Shown: positions 1 through 8,490, numbered from the stretch's first letter. The stretch: 24,309 bases of DNA from a virus (IMGVR_UViG_3300021197_000162:1-24309), one strand, 5' to 3'. Program-made: numbers and translations. The notes: a model not told the origin generated them from the letters alone.

Positions 1-162
1 ATATTGATCTGCAACTAAAAATTTTTTACCTAAACTTAATGTACTTTGAATCCAATCAATTGGTTTTTTAGCTTTAGGTTGAAACTTTTCTTTTAAAATA
101 TCTTGAACTGTTTCACTTTCTAAAACTACTTTCGGAATTAGTAGCGGAGAATAAGAACTCAT
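1..162 (-). CDS. 5' part of a probable large internal virion/ejection protein (truncated by window edge)
   Basis: Not in the ORF track. ATG at 162 preceded by GGAGG SD (CAGGAGGGATAAAATG), 1 nt after the stop of the 372-aa gene; open for 54 codons to the edge (MSSYSPLLIPKVVLESETVQDILKEKF...). Product inferred from position only. Confidence 0.65.
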   Translation of the reverse strand, partial: MSSYSPLLIPKVVLESETVQDILKEKFQPKAKKPIDWIQSTLSLGKKFLVADQY

Positions 163-163
163 T

Positions 164-1282
164 TTATCCCTCCTGTTGAGGTAATACTAAGTTGACATTG
201 TATTTAGAATTAAAATTATCTACATCTAATTGAGTTTGAATAGAAGCGAAATCTTCTAAAGCCATAGGACTAGATACAACTAATTGAACTATATCATCAC
301 CAATTTCTTTTGGTAGTCTTGCTCGAACTTCATCATAACTTATTCCTGTTTCATTTGTTGCTACTGAAGAAACCGGTTGTGGTTGTTGATTTGACATTCC
401 CCCCATTTGAAGTCCTACTCTACCACCTTTAGAAAATTCTTGTTCTAAGAAATCTCTTGGATCCATTACAGCATATTCTGCTAATCTCGTTAACCAAAGT
501 CTCTCGGCTTCCACATCTAATTTATTTATCACATAATCGTCAAATTCTTTATCGGACATATTACTAGCTGCTTTCTTTTTAAGTTCTTCTTTCGCGTCTC
601 TCTTTAATTTTTTTACAAATTCAGTATCTCCTAAAATAGCTTTTGCAACTATTTTGTCGTCCTTTGTTCCAGTAATTAACTTATTTCTATCATCTTGATA
701 CTTCTGTTTAATCTCTATTAATTTTTCAGTATTATCTTTAAACTTTTCTAAATCTTTTTCATAATCCATTTTTAATTGAGAAAGTTTAAAACCTATTTCA
801 TAATCACCTCCTGATTTTACTTTTTTAGCAATTTGAGCTTCTTCCCCTAATTGTTCATAAACAGATTGAATATTCCCTGCTTTAATTAAATCTTGTTCTC
901 TTTGTTGTTCTCTGAATTTTTCTTTTCTAGCTTGCATACTTGCTGATATATCACCAAGGGCATCTGAAGCAGATCCGGCTAGTTTTTGTCCAAAAGTTTC
1001 ATCACCACCTTTGGTAGCAAACTCAAAAGATCTGGCTGCTAAATTAAGAAGTTCTGGTCTTGTTAAACCAAAAGTTGTAGCAGGTTCTTCTGGCCCTGAA
1101 AAAATTCCCATTTCTTTTTGTAGATTAGTTAAAGCTTCTGATTCAGATTTCAAACGGTCCATGTCTACTAAACCAGCTTCCGCGTACCCCGGTCTATCGT
1201 CTAGTCCAGATGTAATCCCCGTTCCGCGGCTCTCGATCTTGCCGCCACCTCTAAACATTGGTCTTCTTAAAGTTCTACTCAT
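164..1282 (-). CDS. Putative internal virion (ejection) protein
   Basis: 372 aa, helical and charged; N-terminal RRPMFRGGG..GTGITSGL and late SKGGRVGLQMGG motif shared with the 580-aa protein; TAATG overlap with upstream gene; lies downstream of tail genes. Confidence 0.6.
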   Translation of the reverse strand: MSRTLRRPMFRGGGKIESRGTGITSGLDDRPGYAEAGLVDMDRLKSESEALTNLQKEMGIFSGPEEPATTFGLTRPELLNLAARSFEFATKGGDETFGQKLAGSASDALGDISASMQARKEKFREQQREQDLIKAGNIQSVYEQLGEEAQIAKKVKSGGDYEIGFKLSQLKMDYEKDLEKFKDNTEKLIEIKQKYQDDRNKLITGTKDDKIVAKAILGDTEFVKKLKRDAKEELKKKAASNMSDKEFDDYVINKLDVEAERLWLTRLAEYAVMDPRDFLEQEFSKGGRVGLQMGGMSNQQPQPVSSVATNETGISYDEVRARLPKEIGDDIVQLVVSSPMALEDFASIQTQLDVDNFNSKYNVNLVLPQQEG

Positions 1283-2121
1283 TATGTGTTCAATGCTCCT
1301 AAGATACTAGCAACACCGCCACCAATACCTAAAATACTTTGTAGTGGACTAGGTGGTTGTTGCATGCTTGTTTGGAAAGTTGCTTGAGCAGGGTATCCGC
1401 CAATCAATCCTGTTAATTGTTGTCCAACAAAACCTAATCGTTGTTGCTCTTCGAAAGCCGCTTCTCTTGCAGCGTTTGCTTGAGCATCAAGAATCGCTTG
1501 TGATTGAGCTTGTTGTCCCTGACCTAATTGTTGTAATCCTGAAATTTGTTGTTGTGCTAATTGTGGAGCTAGTTGTGCTAGTCCTTGTTGTTGTGTTGAC
1601 AAGGCTTGTTGATTAGCGAAAGCTTGTTGTGCTTGTTGTTGTGCTTGTTGAAACCCTTGTGCTCTTAGTTGTGATTCTAATTGAGCTTTACCCAGAGCTG
1701 TTTCTGCATCAAAAACACCCTCTTGCACTCCTTGTCGGCCACCGCCAAAAGCTCCTAATTGTGCAGCTTGTGTTCCTATCTGTTGTCTTGCAATATCACG
1801 TTCTCTTTGTAGAGCTGCGAGAGAAGTATCAATAACTTCTTGTTGATAGGGAGACATAAACTCTTGATAAGCTTGAGGTCCTGTAAGTTGTTGAGCTGCT
1901 GTGGCTTCGGCACCGGCTTGAGCTAGAAAAGGTTCAAATGATCCAAGGCCCGCGGCTTGTTGATAAGCTTGTGTTTGTAGAGGGTCTTGTGTGGCTACTG
2001 TAGGAGCAAACGCTGTAGTATCAATAGGCTGTCCTAATACAGGTATTAACTTTTCAGTTAATGTAGTTCCCGCCGCTTCTATAAACGGTGCGGGTAGTGT
2101 TCTTGTTTCTGTTGTTGCCAT
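1282..2121 (-). CDS. Putative DNA ejection/pilot protein, Gln/Ala-rich coiled coil
   Basis: 279 aa, very Q/A-rich, contains FMSPYQQEVID and GAFGGGRQGV segments and a hydrophobic Gly-rich C-terminus (SILGIGGGVASILGAL), typical of podovirus DNA-transfer proteins. Confidence 0.65.
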   Translation of the reverse strand: MATTETRTLPAPFIEAAGTTLTEKLIPVLGQPIDTTAFAPTVATQDPLQTQAYQQAAGLGSFEPFLAQAGAEATAAQQLTGPQAYQEFMSPYQQEVIDTSLAALQRERDIARQQIGTQAAQLGAFGGGRQGVQEGVFDAETALGKAQLESQLRAQGFQQAQQQAQQAFANQQALSTQQQGLAQLAPQLAQQQISGLQQLGQGQQAQSQAILDAQANAAREAAFEEQQRLGFVGQQLTGLIGGYPAQATFQTSMQQPPSPLQSILGIGGGVASILGALNT

Positions 2122-3863
2122 TATACTCTAGCCTCTAATTTATGCATTAAATCATACATTCTTTTTGCCCCTTTGTTAACACTTCCTCCACCGGCAGCTC
2201 TCACTGCATCAGCGGTCATAACGAATTCATTCTTTGATAATCTAGCTGGAACATCATCAGCTTTTTCTTTGACACCAATCGGTACAAAACCTCCTGGTCT
2301 TAAATCCATTTCAGCTGGCATACCACCTGTTTTTAAGTTCATGATACCACCGTCTGCCATGTAACCTCTTTTCTCAAGATATTTTTCTTCTTCTGGTTTA
2401 ATACGTTCTTCAGTATTCGCTCTAAAATCTCTTAACTTTTTCAATGCTTCTTTTCTTTTCTTTTCGGGTAATCTTTTTAAATATTTTGCAATAGGGGAAT
2501 TTGGTCCGAATCTTTCTTTATCAAAATCTATCATATCTAGCATGGAGTCAGGACCAAAGAACTTAGGATCATCTAATAACTCACTACCAAATTCTTGTTC
2601 TTTTCGAAGAACATAACTAGGGTACCCTATATTATAGTCGTAGGAATCTCTATAAGCATCAAATAGAACATCACCAGTTCCACCTTCTTTTAAACCAATA
2701 CGTCCGCCGTTTGCTTCTTTAACACGACCCTCTTCTCGAGGTTGCATAATCTGATCAATCATATCATCACTCATAGAACCTTCGGGTGGGTTATCTAATT
2801 CCATACCAATACGCATTTTAAACTCTTCTAATTCTTGCATGGCTTGTTTGGTAGCCATATCATTAGCCTCTTGCATTTGTTGCATTGAATAAGCACCAGT
2901 TCCCGCTTCGGCATCAAACATACCACTAAGTATTTCTTTTCTACGTTCTTCAAACATTTTGTTTAAAACTTCTTCGCTAGGCTCAGAGCCTAATAATTTG
3001 GCGATAAATGATTTAACAGGACCACCACCAATTCTGTAACCAATACGTCCGCCGTTTGCTTTGCCCTGACCAAATAAACCTTCGTATATTTCTATAATTT
3101 CATCGTCTGTTTTATCATCTAAATCTTTTCCACCGAAACCACCTCCACCGGCGTCCATAATTTGATTTTTCATTATACGAATTTTAATGCCTTGTATGGA
3201 ATCACCTAATGTTTCACTACCACCACTGGAAAAACCAACGCGGCCCCCGGTCTTGTATCCATAACGAGATAGTGCATCATCAATTTGAGCTTGATCAAAT
3301 CCTGCCATTCCCATGTATCTTGTAATGTAATCTCTTCTTGATTGAATATCCGCTGCTCCTGCTTCTTCTTGTTGTCTTACATAATCATCATATTCTCTAT
3401 TAGCTTTTTCTGCTTCTTCAAAAGCTGCTTGCGTAGTTCCTGCTGTAAGGGGGGTAGTGGTTGCTGCTCCTATTTCACCAAGAGTTGACATTCCACTTAT
3501 TTTATCTGGTGATAAAAAAGTTCCAGCTTTTTCTGCAACTGCAGGTAGCCCTGTTTTAGGACCTATAAAGTTAGGATCTCCTTTCAAAAACTGTCCACCA
3601 CCAATAGTTAAACCAGAAACAGCTGCAGATACAGGATTTATTTTTTGACCTAACAAAGCTTGTGTTCCTACGTTGGTAAGAGCACCAGCTAAACCTTTTC
3701 GTAAAGCTAAATTTCCTATACCACTAGTAAATAAACCAGTGCCAGCCAAATATGGTGCACCAAATGTAGCTGCAATATAAGGTAATGCAGGTTTTATTTC
3801 ATTAGGGATAATATCATCAATAACTCTTGTGACAGGTTTTAATGCTTTTTTAATTGATCCCAT
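2121..3863 (-). CDS. Putative internal virion/ejection protein with repeated GG-R(I/V)G motifs
   Basis: 580 aa; basic amphipathic N-terminus (MGSIKKALKPVTRVIDDII), Gly/Ala-rich hydrophobic helices, four xxGG(RIG)xxxGG motifs, C-terminal KADDVPARLSKNEFVMTADAVR domain seen in phage tape-measure/ejection proteins. SD AAGGA upstream. Confidence 0.65.
   Translation of the reverse strand: MGSIKKALKPVTRVIDDIIPNEIKPALPYIAATFGAPYLAGTGLFTSGIGNLALRKGLAGALTNVGTQALLGQKINPVSAAVSGLTIGGGQFLKGDPNFIGPKTGLPAVAEKAGTFLSPDKISGMSTLGEIGAATTTPLTAGTTQAAFEEAEKANREYDDYVRQQEEAGAADIQSRRDYITRYMGMAGFDQAQIDDALSRYGYKTGGRVGFSSGGSETLGDSIQGIKIRIMKNQIMDAGGGGFGGKDLDDKTDDEIIEIYEGLFGQGKANGGRIGYRIGGGPVKSFIAKLLGSEPSEEVLNKMFEERRKEILSGMFDAEAGTGAYSMQQMQEANDMATKQAMQELEEFKMRIGMELDNPPEGSMSDDMIDQIMQPREEGRVKEANGGRIGLKEGGTGDVLFDAYRDSYDYNIGYPSYVLRKEQEFGSELLDDPKFFGPDSMLDMIDFDKERFGPNSPIAKYLKRLPEKKRKEALKKLRDFRANTEERIKPEEEKYLEKRGYMADGGIMNLKTGGMPAEMDLRPGGFVPIGVKEKADDVPARLSKNEFVMTADAVRAAGGGSVNKGAKRMYDLMHKLEARV
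2693..3061. repeat. Perfect 24-nt in-frame direct repeat (AACCAATACGTCCGCCGTTTGCTT) at 2693-2716 and 3038-3061
   Basis: Read directly; copies are 345 nt (115 codons) apart and both encode ANGGRIG. Confidence 0.9.
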
Positions 3864-4287
3864 AATGTTCCTTTGTGTATCTAGTTACAGTTCTTGTAAT
3901 AACTTCATCATCACTTACACGAAGCCATTTTACAGGTTTATTACATCCTAGTAAATCAGTAAAGTATTGTTTAGTCCATTTCATAACAGATTTAACATCA
4001 TCAATACAGATTGTATCAACGTGCCAAGGAATGTCTCCACTATTGTAATCTTCAGGGTTTAGTTCTGCGGTTGTCATAAATCTTTTTTCTGCATCCTTAT
4101 TTAAAAAAGCCCAATTCGTAAAAGCGTAAGGTAAACCATTTTTGTAGTGAATCCTGTACTGATTCAAATCTACGGATGGGGCGATGTGTTGAAGCACGTC
4201 CTCGAACGTGTGATCTTTATAGCGAGGAAACGACTTATAAAGTCCGAAAGCTACGGTAATATCGTATAATTTACCAGTATCTATCAT
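3850..4287 (-). CDS. HlyC/RtxC-family (toxin-activating lysine acyltransferase, TAAT) homologue
   Basis: Segments IAPSVDLNQY, PYAFTNWAFL, EDYNSGDIPWHVDTI and WLRV align by eye with HlyC VLPAIQANQY, PVAYCSWANL, EDWTSGDRKWFIDWI and AIRV. ATG at 4287 (145 aa) chosen; alternative TTG start at 4320. Overlaps next gene by 14 nt. Confidence 0.8.
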   Translation of the reverse strand: MIDTGKLYDITVAFGLYKSFPRYKDHTFEDVLQHIAPSVDLNQYRIHYKNGLPYAFTNWAFLNKDAEKRFMTTAELNPEDYNSGDIPWHVDTICIDDVKSVMKWTKQYFTDLLGCNKPVKWLRVSDDEVITRTVTRYTKEHYGIN

Positions 4288-4320
4288 AAATACATTACTT
4301 TTTTTTGCTTCAAAAATCAA

Positions 4321-4569
4321 CTACTCATCCTCTGATTTGGATATAACATCCGGTAGCTTAGCTACTTTTATATTGACACTTCTAGATATATCTTCTTGTT
4401 TCGTGTCAGTACCTGGATTGTTGACATCGCTCTCAGCTTCTTCATCAGACTTATATTCAGCGTTTGTTTTAAGGTTTTTAACTGTTACTTCAGTCTCAAT
4501 CTCAACGTCTTTTATAACGGTGCCATTGACTATCACTTCAGTTTTGCCTTTTTCTACAAAAGATACCAT
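4321..4569 (-). CDS. Small acidic hypothetical protein
   Basis: 82 aa, strong SD (AGGAGG), fits the operon; no recognised domain. Confidence 0.7.
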   Translation of the reverse strand: MVSFVEKGKTEVIVNGTVIKDVEIETEVTVKNLKTNAEYKSDEEAESDVNNPGTDTKQEDISRSVNIKVAKLPDVISKSEDE

Positions 4570-4579
4570 TTTTACCTCC

Positions 4580-4909
4580 TTACTCTCTACTTATTTCTAA
4601 TATTGAAACAACCACATGTAGTCTATTGGCAGTTGCTGCTTGCGCCTTCAATACTTCACTTTCAAGAAGAACCAAAGGTTGTGTTAATAATTCATTTGTT
4701 GCTTTTGCAGCTATAGCTTTTTCTTTAAATAAACTAAACACTGCATCAGAAGCATCTGTAACTGTCAAAGTAACAGTGTCTGCATTATTACTATCTTCAG
4801 AAACTAAAATAGATTTTATAATAGCTCTTGATCCACTAGGGGTTGTATAGACAACAGTATTATTTGTAGTTGTTAAGTCTATCTTTGCATTTTTATATAT
4901 ATTAGCCAC
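4580..4909 (-). CDS. Putative small virion structural protein (beta-rich)
   Basis: 109 aa, GTG start overlapping the upstream stop; TVVYTTPSGSRAIIKSILV...PLVLLESEVLKAQA pattern typical of phage tail-associated beta-sandwich proteins. Confidence 0.65.
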   Translation of the reverse strand: MANIYKNAKIDLTTTNNTVVYTTPSGSRAIIKSILVSEDSNNADTVTLTVTDASDAVFSLFKEKAIAAKATNELLTQPLVLLESEVLKAQAATANRLHVVVSILEISRE

Positions 4910-5069
4910 TGATAAACCAAGAAAATCTTTCTTGCTCCTGTTTTAATTCGTCTAGAAAGGTAGAATTTAATTGTTCTATAATAGTTGTTATAGATCTGTT
5001 TATTTGTTTTTGATTAGAGGTATCGTATTCTTGTTTCGGTTCTGGTATTTTTACATTTATCTTTGCCAT
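4902..5069 (-). CDS. Small hypothetical virion protein (55 aa), missed by ORF track
   Basis: MAKINVKIPEPKQEYDTSNQKQINRSITTIIEQLNSTFLDELKQEQERFSWFISG; TAATG overlap with the 721-aa gene, GGAGG upstream, exactly fills the gap and overlaps the next start. Confidence 0.8.
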   Translation of the reverse strand: MAKINVKIPEPKQEYDTSNQKQINRSITTIIEQLNSTFLDELKQEQERFSWFISG

Positions 5070-7234
5070 TATCTGCCTCCGTCTTGTTGTACATCTAAAC
5101 TAAATGTACCAAATCTCCAACTTTGATCAATGTCATCATTTTCTATTTTAATATTAACATATCTACCACGAGCTCTTGTATCTTTTTTAGTTGTTGATGA
5201 GGTAATAGAAAAAGGACTCAATCCAGTAGAAGAATCTTCTTGTGAGGGAAAACGTTTCACGGCCAACGTTACTTTGGCTGTGCCTTGTAGAACTTTAAAG
5301 TCCGGTAAAAATCTACGAACAGATAAAAATTTATCACCTTCTGTGCCTTGACCTTCTAGATCAAAGTCATAGGATTGTACGAAAGAACTAATCGCGGTAC
5401 TCGATCCATCTGTATTGATTTGATTGTTACCAACTTCATGTTCAAAATAAATTGTAGCTCCTAATCCCGTAACTCCTTGTATCGTTGGAAAAGTTCCGGC
5501 GTCAGTAGAATTATAAGAAGTCGCATAAGGTTTAGGATATATTTTAGCATCCATCCAAGAAGTTCTACCTTCTGTACTATTATACCAAATACCACCAGGC
5601 ACTTGAGAACCCATAGATTCTAAATAGTTATAAGCAACTAATCTATTATTAAAACTTTGACCTGATGTGGGATACCACCAAATAATCTCTGTAAATAAAT
5701 TATTGACACCTGCTGTTATCTGTTGTCCTTTTGTGAGATCAATATCATCATATACAAAGTCTTCAACAGAACAGGGTAAAGATTTGACCGTACCATCGAA
5801 TAAGAAGAAACCATTATTACTCATCCAGTAAGCAACACCATCTATTTCAACAGCCGCACTCTTACCTATCAAACCACAGTTTGTGCCTACTTGCTCAAAG
5901 CCAAATGTAAAAGGTGCTCCGATAAACTTCATGGTGTACAAAGCTGTATCTGTCCATATTAGAATTGTTTCTTTTGCCTTAATAGCACCAACTATTTTAG
6001 TTCCGTCTTGTAATCTTTGTGTACCTGCTGCATTAACTGCAGAGGGTATAAAAGTATTAATATCTTCTTGATCACCAAACCTGATAAACATGTCATCTTG
6101 TGTGCTGGCTGTACCTATTGTTGTTTCTGTTCCAAAGTGAATTAAATGTCTTGTAGTAGGTGATATTAAAGTAGCTCTAGAGGCTGTTGGATTATTAGAA
6201 GTAGAAAAACTAGAAGTGCTTGTTGATGCTCTGTTTGCGGTAGGTGTTGTCGCTCCACCGTTCCATGTAAAGGTTTTACCATTGGCAACTGTTGCAACTA
6301 ATACTTGACCAAAGTTATCAAGAGACCAAAGACCTGGTTCCAAATCTACTTGATCAGCTTTCACAGCCACACCCCATCCACCAAAGTCAGATGCATCGGT
6401 AGCAGTAGCACCATCACTGTGTGTTGCTGCAGTGCTTCCAGAAGCTCCTCTTGTACAACCTGTTAAATCGTTTGTGGATTTACCTGTATATGTAATAAGT
6501 TCTGAGTCTACCAAAATTGTTCCTGCCGTAGGAAAAGCGGTAGCGCTTGTTAATGTGATTGTTGTTTCTGATGCATCCAAAGCTTCATTAACTGTTGTTG
6601 CTGTTGCAGAATCAACGGTGCCACCCCAATTACCAACACCCCAACCATAACCATAGGTTTGTTCTCTTGGACCAACAGTTTCATAAAACTTACAAGTAAT
6701 AGAACCCCCTGTAGAAATTGTAGCTGTAGCAGCTGCGGTTGATGTAATTGTAAAAGTTGTTGTACTAGGTGCTGTAATAATTTGAAATTTAACATCTTCA
6801 AAGTTAGATGCACTAAGACCTGTACCACTCGGTAAAGTAACACTATCCAATTGCACGATGTCCCCGGCTTTTGCTCCGTGAGCAGAGCTTGTGGTAATTG
6901 TAACAGAGGCTGATTCATCAGTGGTAGCCATTGTTGAAGAAGTCAAAGAACTTCTTATTGGTGTAATATCAAATAGTTGACCTTCAAAGTATAATAATAA
7001 GAACTTGTCCGTTCCGAGGGCCACGTACCTATTACCGTCTAAATCTGTAAACGGGTGTTGTGCTCTAACAACACCAACTATCTTGTCTGTTAAAAGAGAA
7101 GACCAACCACCTACTTTTTCAGGCAGTCCATATCGAAAACGTACATTATTAGAATCTACAAAACGACGTTCTGCACCTTTGGTGGTATCTTGTTTGTCTA
7201 TCCCAGGTAAAAAATCTAAGGTGATGAGAGCCAT
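5069..7234 (-). CDS. Tail nozzle / tail tubular protein B-like (packaged-DNA stabilisation type)
   Basis: 721 aa, beta-propeller-like content; PGIDKQDT..RFVDSNNVRFRYGLPEKVGGW N-terminus, MFIRFGDQED, FGFEQVGTNCGLIG, and C-terminal RARGRYVNIKIE..WRFG..DVQQDGGR; position after adaptors/fibres and before ejection genes. Confidence 0.7.
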   Translation of the reverse strand: MALITLDFLPGIDKQDTTKGAERRFVDSNNVRFRYGLPEKVGGWSSLLTDKIVGVVRAQHPFTDLDGNRYVALGTDKFLLLYFEGQLFDITPIRSSLTSSTMATTDESASVTITTSSAHGAKAGDIVQLDSVTLPSGTGLSASNFEDVKFQIITAPSTTTFTITSTAAATATISTGGSITCKFYETVGPREQTYGYGWGVGNWGGTVDSATATTVNEALDASETTITLTSATAFPTAGTILVDSELITYTGKSTNDLTGCTRGASGSTAATHSDGATATDASDFGGWGVAVKADQVDLEPGLWSLDNFGQVLVATVANGKTFTWNGGATTPTANRASTSTSSFSTSNNPTASRATLISPTTRHLIHFGTETTIGTASTQDDMFIRFGDQEDINTFIPSAVNAAGTQRLQDGTKIVGAIKAKETILIWTDTALYTMKFIGAPFTFGFEQVGTNCGLIGKSAAVEIDGVAYWMSNNGFFLFDGTVKSLPCSVEDFVYDDIDLTKGQQITAGVNNLFTEIIWWYPTSGQSFNNRLVAYNYLESMGSQVPGGIWYNSTEGRTSWMDAKIYPKPYATSYNSTDAGTFPTIQGVTGLGATIYFEHEVGNNQINTDGSSTAISSFVQSYDFDLEGQGTEGDKFLSVRRFLPDFKVLQGTAKVTLAVKRFPSQEDSSTGLSPFSITSSTTKKDTRARGRYVNIKIENDDIDQSWRFGTFSLDVQQDGGR

Positions 7235-7243
7235 TTACTCTCC

Positions 7244-7951
7244 TTAAATTTTATCTTTATATGACCAACCACGAGTCGCGTTCAAGAAGACTAAGGTAAA
7301 AGCCTCTCCGTTTGTTGAGACGGTTAAGTTAGCTGCAGAACTATTAATATTAGAACCGTTTCTTGCGATTGTTAAATTGTTAGAACCAAAGGAACCTTTT
7401 GCATCTATAAAAGTAACTTGATTACCAACACTAGGAGATGCTGGTAATGTCACTTGTCTAGTTGCGGCGCTTGTATCAATAATCAATTGATCATTATTTA
7501 CCGCTGTATAATTTCTATCGATAGAGTGATAACCTTTTTCTACCGCTAATTGCACGATGTTTGTGCCATCGGAGTATACTAGCATCTTAGAACCAACCGG
7601 CATTACAACACCTGATCCCGATGCGGTTTTAAAAGTTAGAGTATAGTCACTTGTACTTCTTGTTGTACCGTCTTCTATTAAATAAATTTTTTCAATCGAA
7701 TCAGGTACAGTCACACTTCTATTTGCTGCTAAAGTGCCTGTAAACTTAATAGTCATGTTTCGTCCATTAGACGATGCACCATTACTAATAGATAGAGCCT
7801 GATCTGATGAGGCCACATTTAAGGATAGAAAACCACCAACAGCTTCTTCTACCAATTGTAGATTGGTGTTAGTTGTAGATCCCCATAAACCTGCTTTTTC
7901 ACCTGTGGTGATTAATTCGAATTTTTGTGATGTAGAAAATGTTGATGCCAT
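7244..7951 (-). CDS. Tail/fibre-associated structural protein with C-terminal T4 gp9/gp10-like domain
   Basis: 235 aa; GEKAGLWGSTTNTN N-terminus; C-terminal IDTSAATRQVTLPASPSVGNQVTFIDAKGSFGSNNLTIARNG...GW paralogous to the C-terminus of the 595-aa fibre. Confidence 0.65.
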   Translation of the reverse strand: MASTFSTSQKFELITTGEKAGLWGSTTNTNLQLVEEAVGGFLSLNVASSDQALSISNGASSNGRNMTIKFTGTLAANRSVTVPDSIEKIYLIEDGTTRSTSDYTLTFKTASGSGVVMPVGSKMLVYSDGTNIVQLAVEKGYHSIDRNYTAVNNDQLIIDTSAATRQVTLPASPSVGNQVTFIDAKGSFGSNNLTIARNGSNINSSAANLTVSTNGEAFTLVFLNATRGWSYKDKI

Positions 7952-7969
7952 AGTACCTCCAAATTTATA

Positions 7970-8407
7970 TTATGTTTCCACGTTTGTCCATGTTTGACTT
8001 GCATTTACGTCAATATCATTCCAAGTCACGACACCTGGTCCGTTGACCGAGGATGTCAATAAGTTAGTGCCTAAAGCTTCTACTGCTTTGGCCACGATTG
8101 TTACAGATCCCACTCCTACGGTTCCTGCTAAATTAGTGGTGACAGTCACGTCCGCAGCTGCCTTTGGTGTCATAGAACCAAGGCTCGATGTAAGCGCGTT
8201 GCCACTAAGAGTTACATTGGCCGCTCCAACAAAAGTCAGATCACCAATAGATATATTAGCTACATTGGTTGTTGCTGTAACATCAGCATTGGCCGCAATC
8301 GTTGCAATGTCTCCTAAGCTTATTGTAGCTTGAACACCTTCTAAGTTTACTGGTTGATGAGTAGATTCACCAAAAGCAAATTCAGCAAAGGAAGCTATAC
8401 CAAACAT
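7970..8407 (-). CDS. Putative virion structural protein with short beta repeats
   Basis: 145 aa, MFGIASFAEFAF start, repeated ANADVT/AANVTL/AADVTV units, terminal TW..I...ASQTWT motif. Confidence 0.6.
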   Translation of the reverse strand: MFGIASFAEFAFGESTHQPVNLEGVQATISLGDIATIAANADVTATTNVANISIGDLTFVGAANVTLSGNALTSSLGSMTPKAAADVTVTTNLAGTVGVGSVTIVAKAVEALGTNLLTSSVNGPGVVTWNDIDVNASQTWTNVET

Positions 8408-8490
8408 GTTATTTTAATCTCACTGGTCATTTCGGTTAAATATATTTAAAACGCTAGTATGCTATCATTTTTTAACTATAGCTTAAAGAT

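Noticed and set aside
1430-1680. TTG/TTGTTG low-complexity tract as a tandem repeat
   Set aside because: Simply the reverse complement of CAA codons in a Gln-rich coiled coil.
2121-3863. 580-aa protein as a true RTX toxin
   Set aside because: No GGxGxDxL calcium-binding repeats and no HlyB/HlyD genes; context is virion ejection module.
8408-8490. AT-rich gap after the oxygenase cassette as terminator or promoter
   Set aside because: No convincing GC stem with U-tract or properly spaced -35/-10 pair found by eye.
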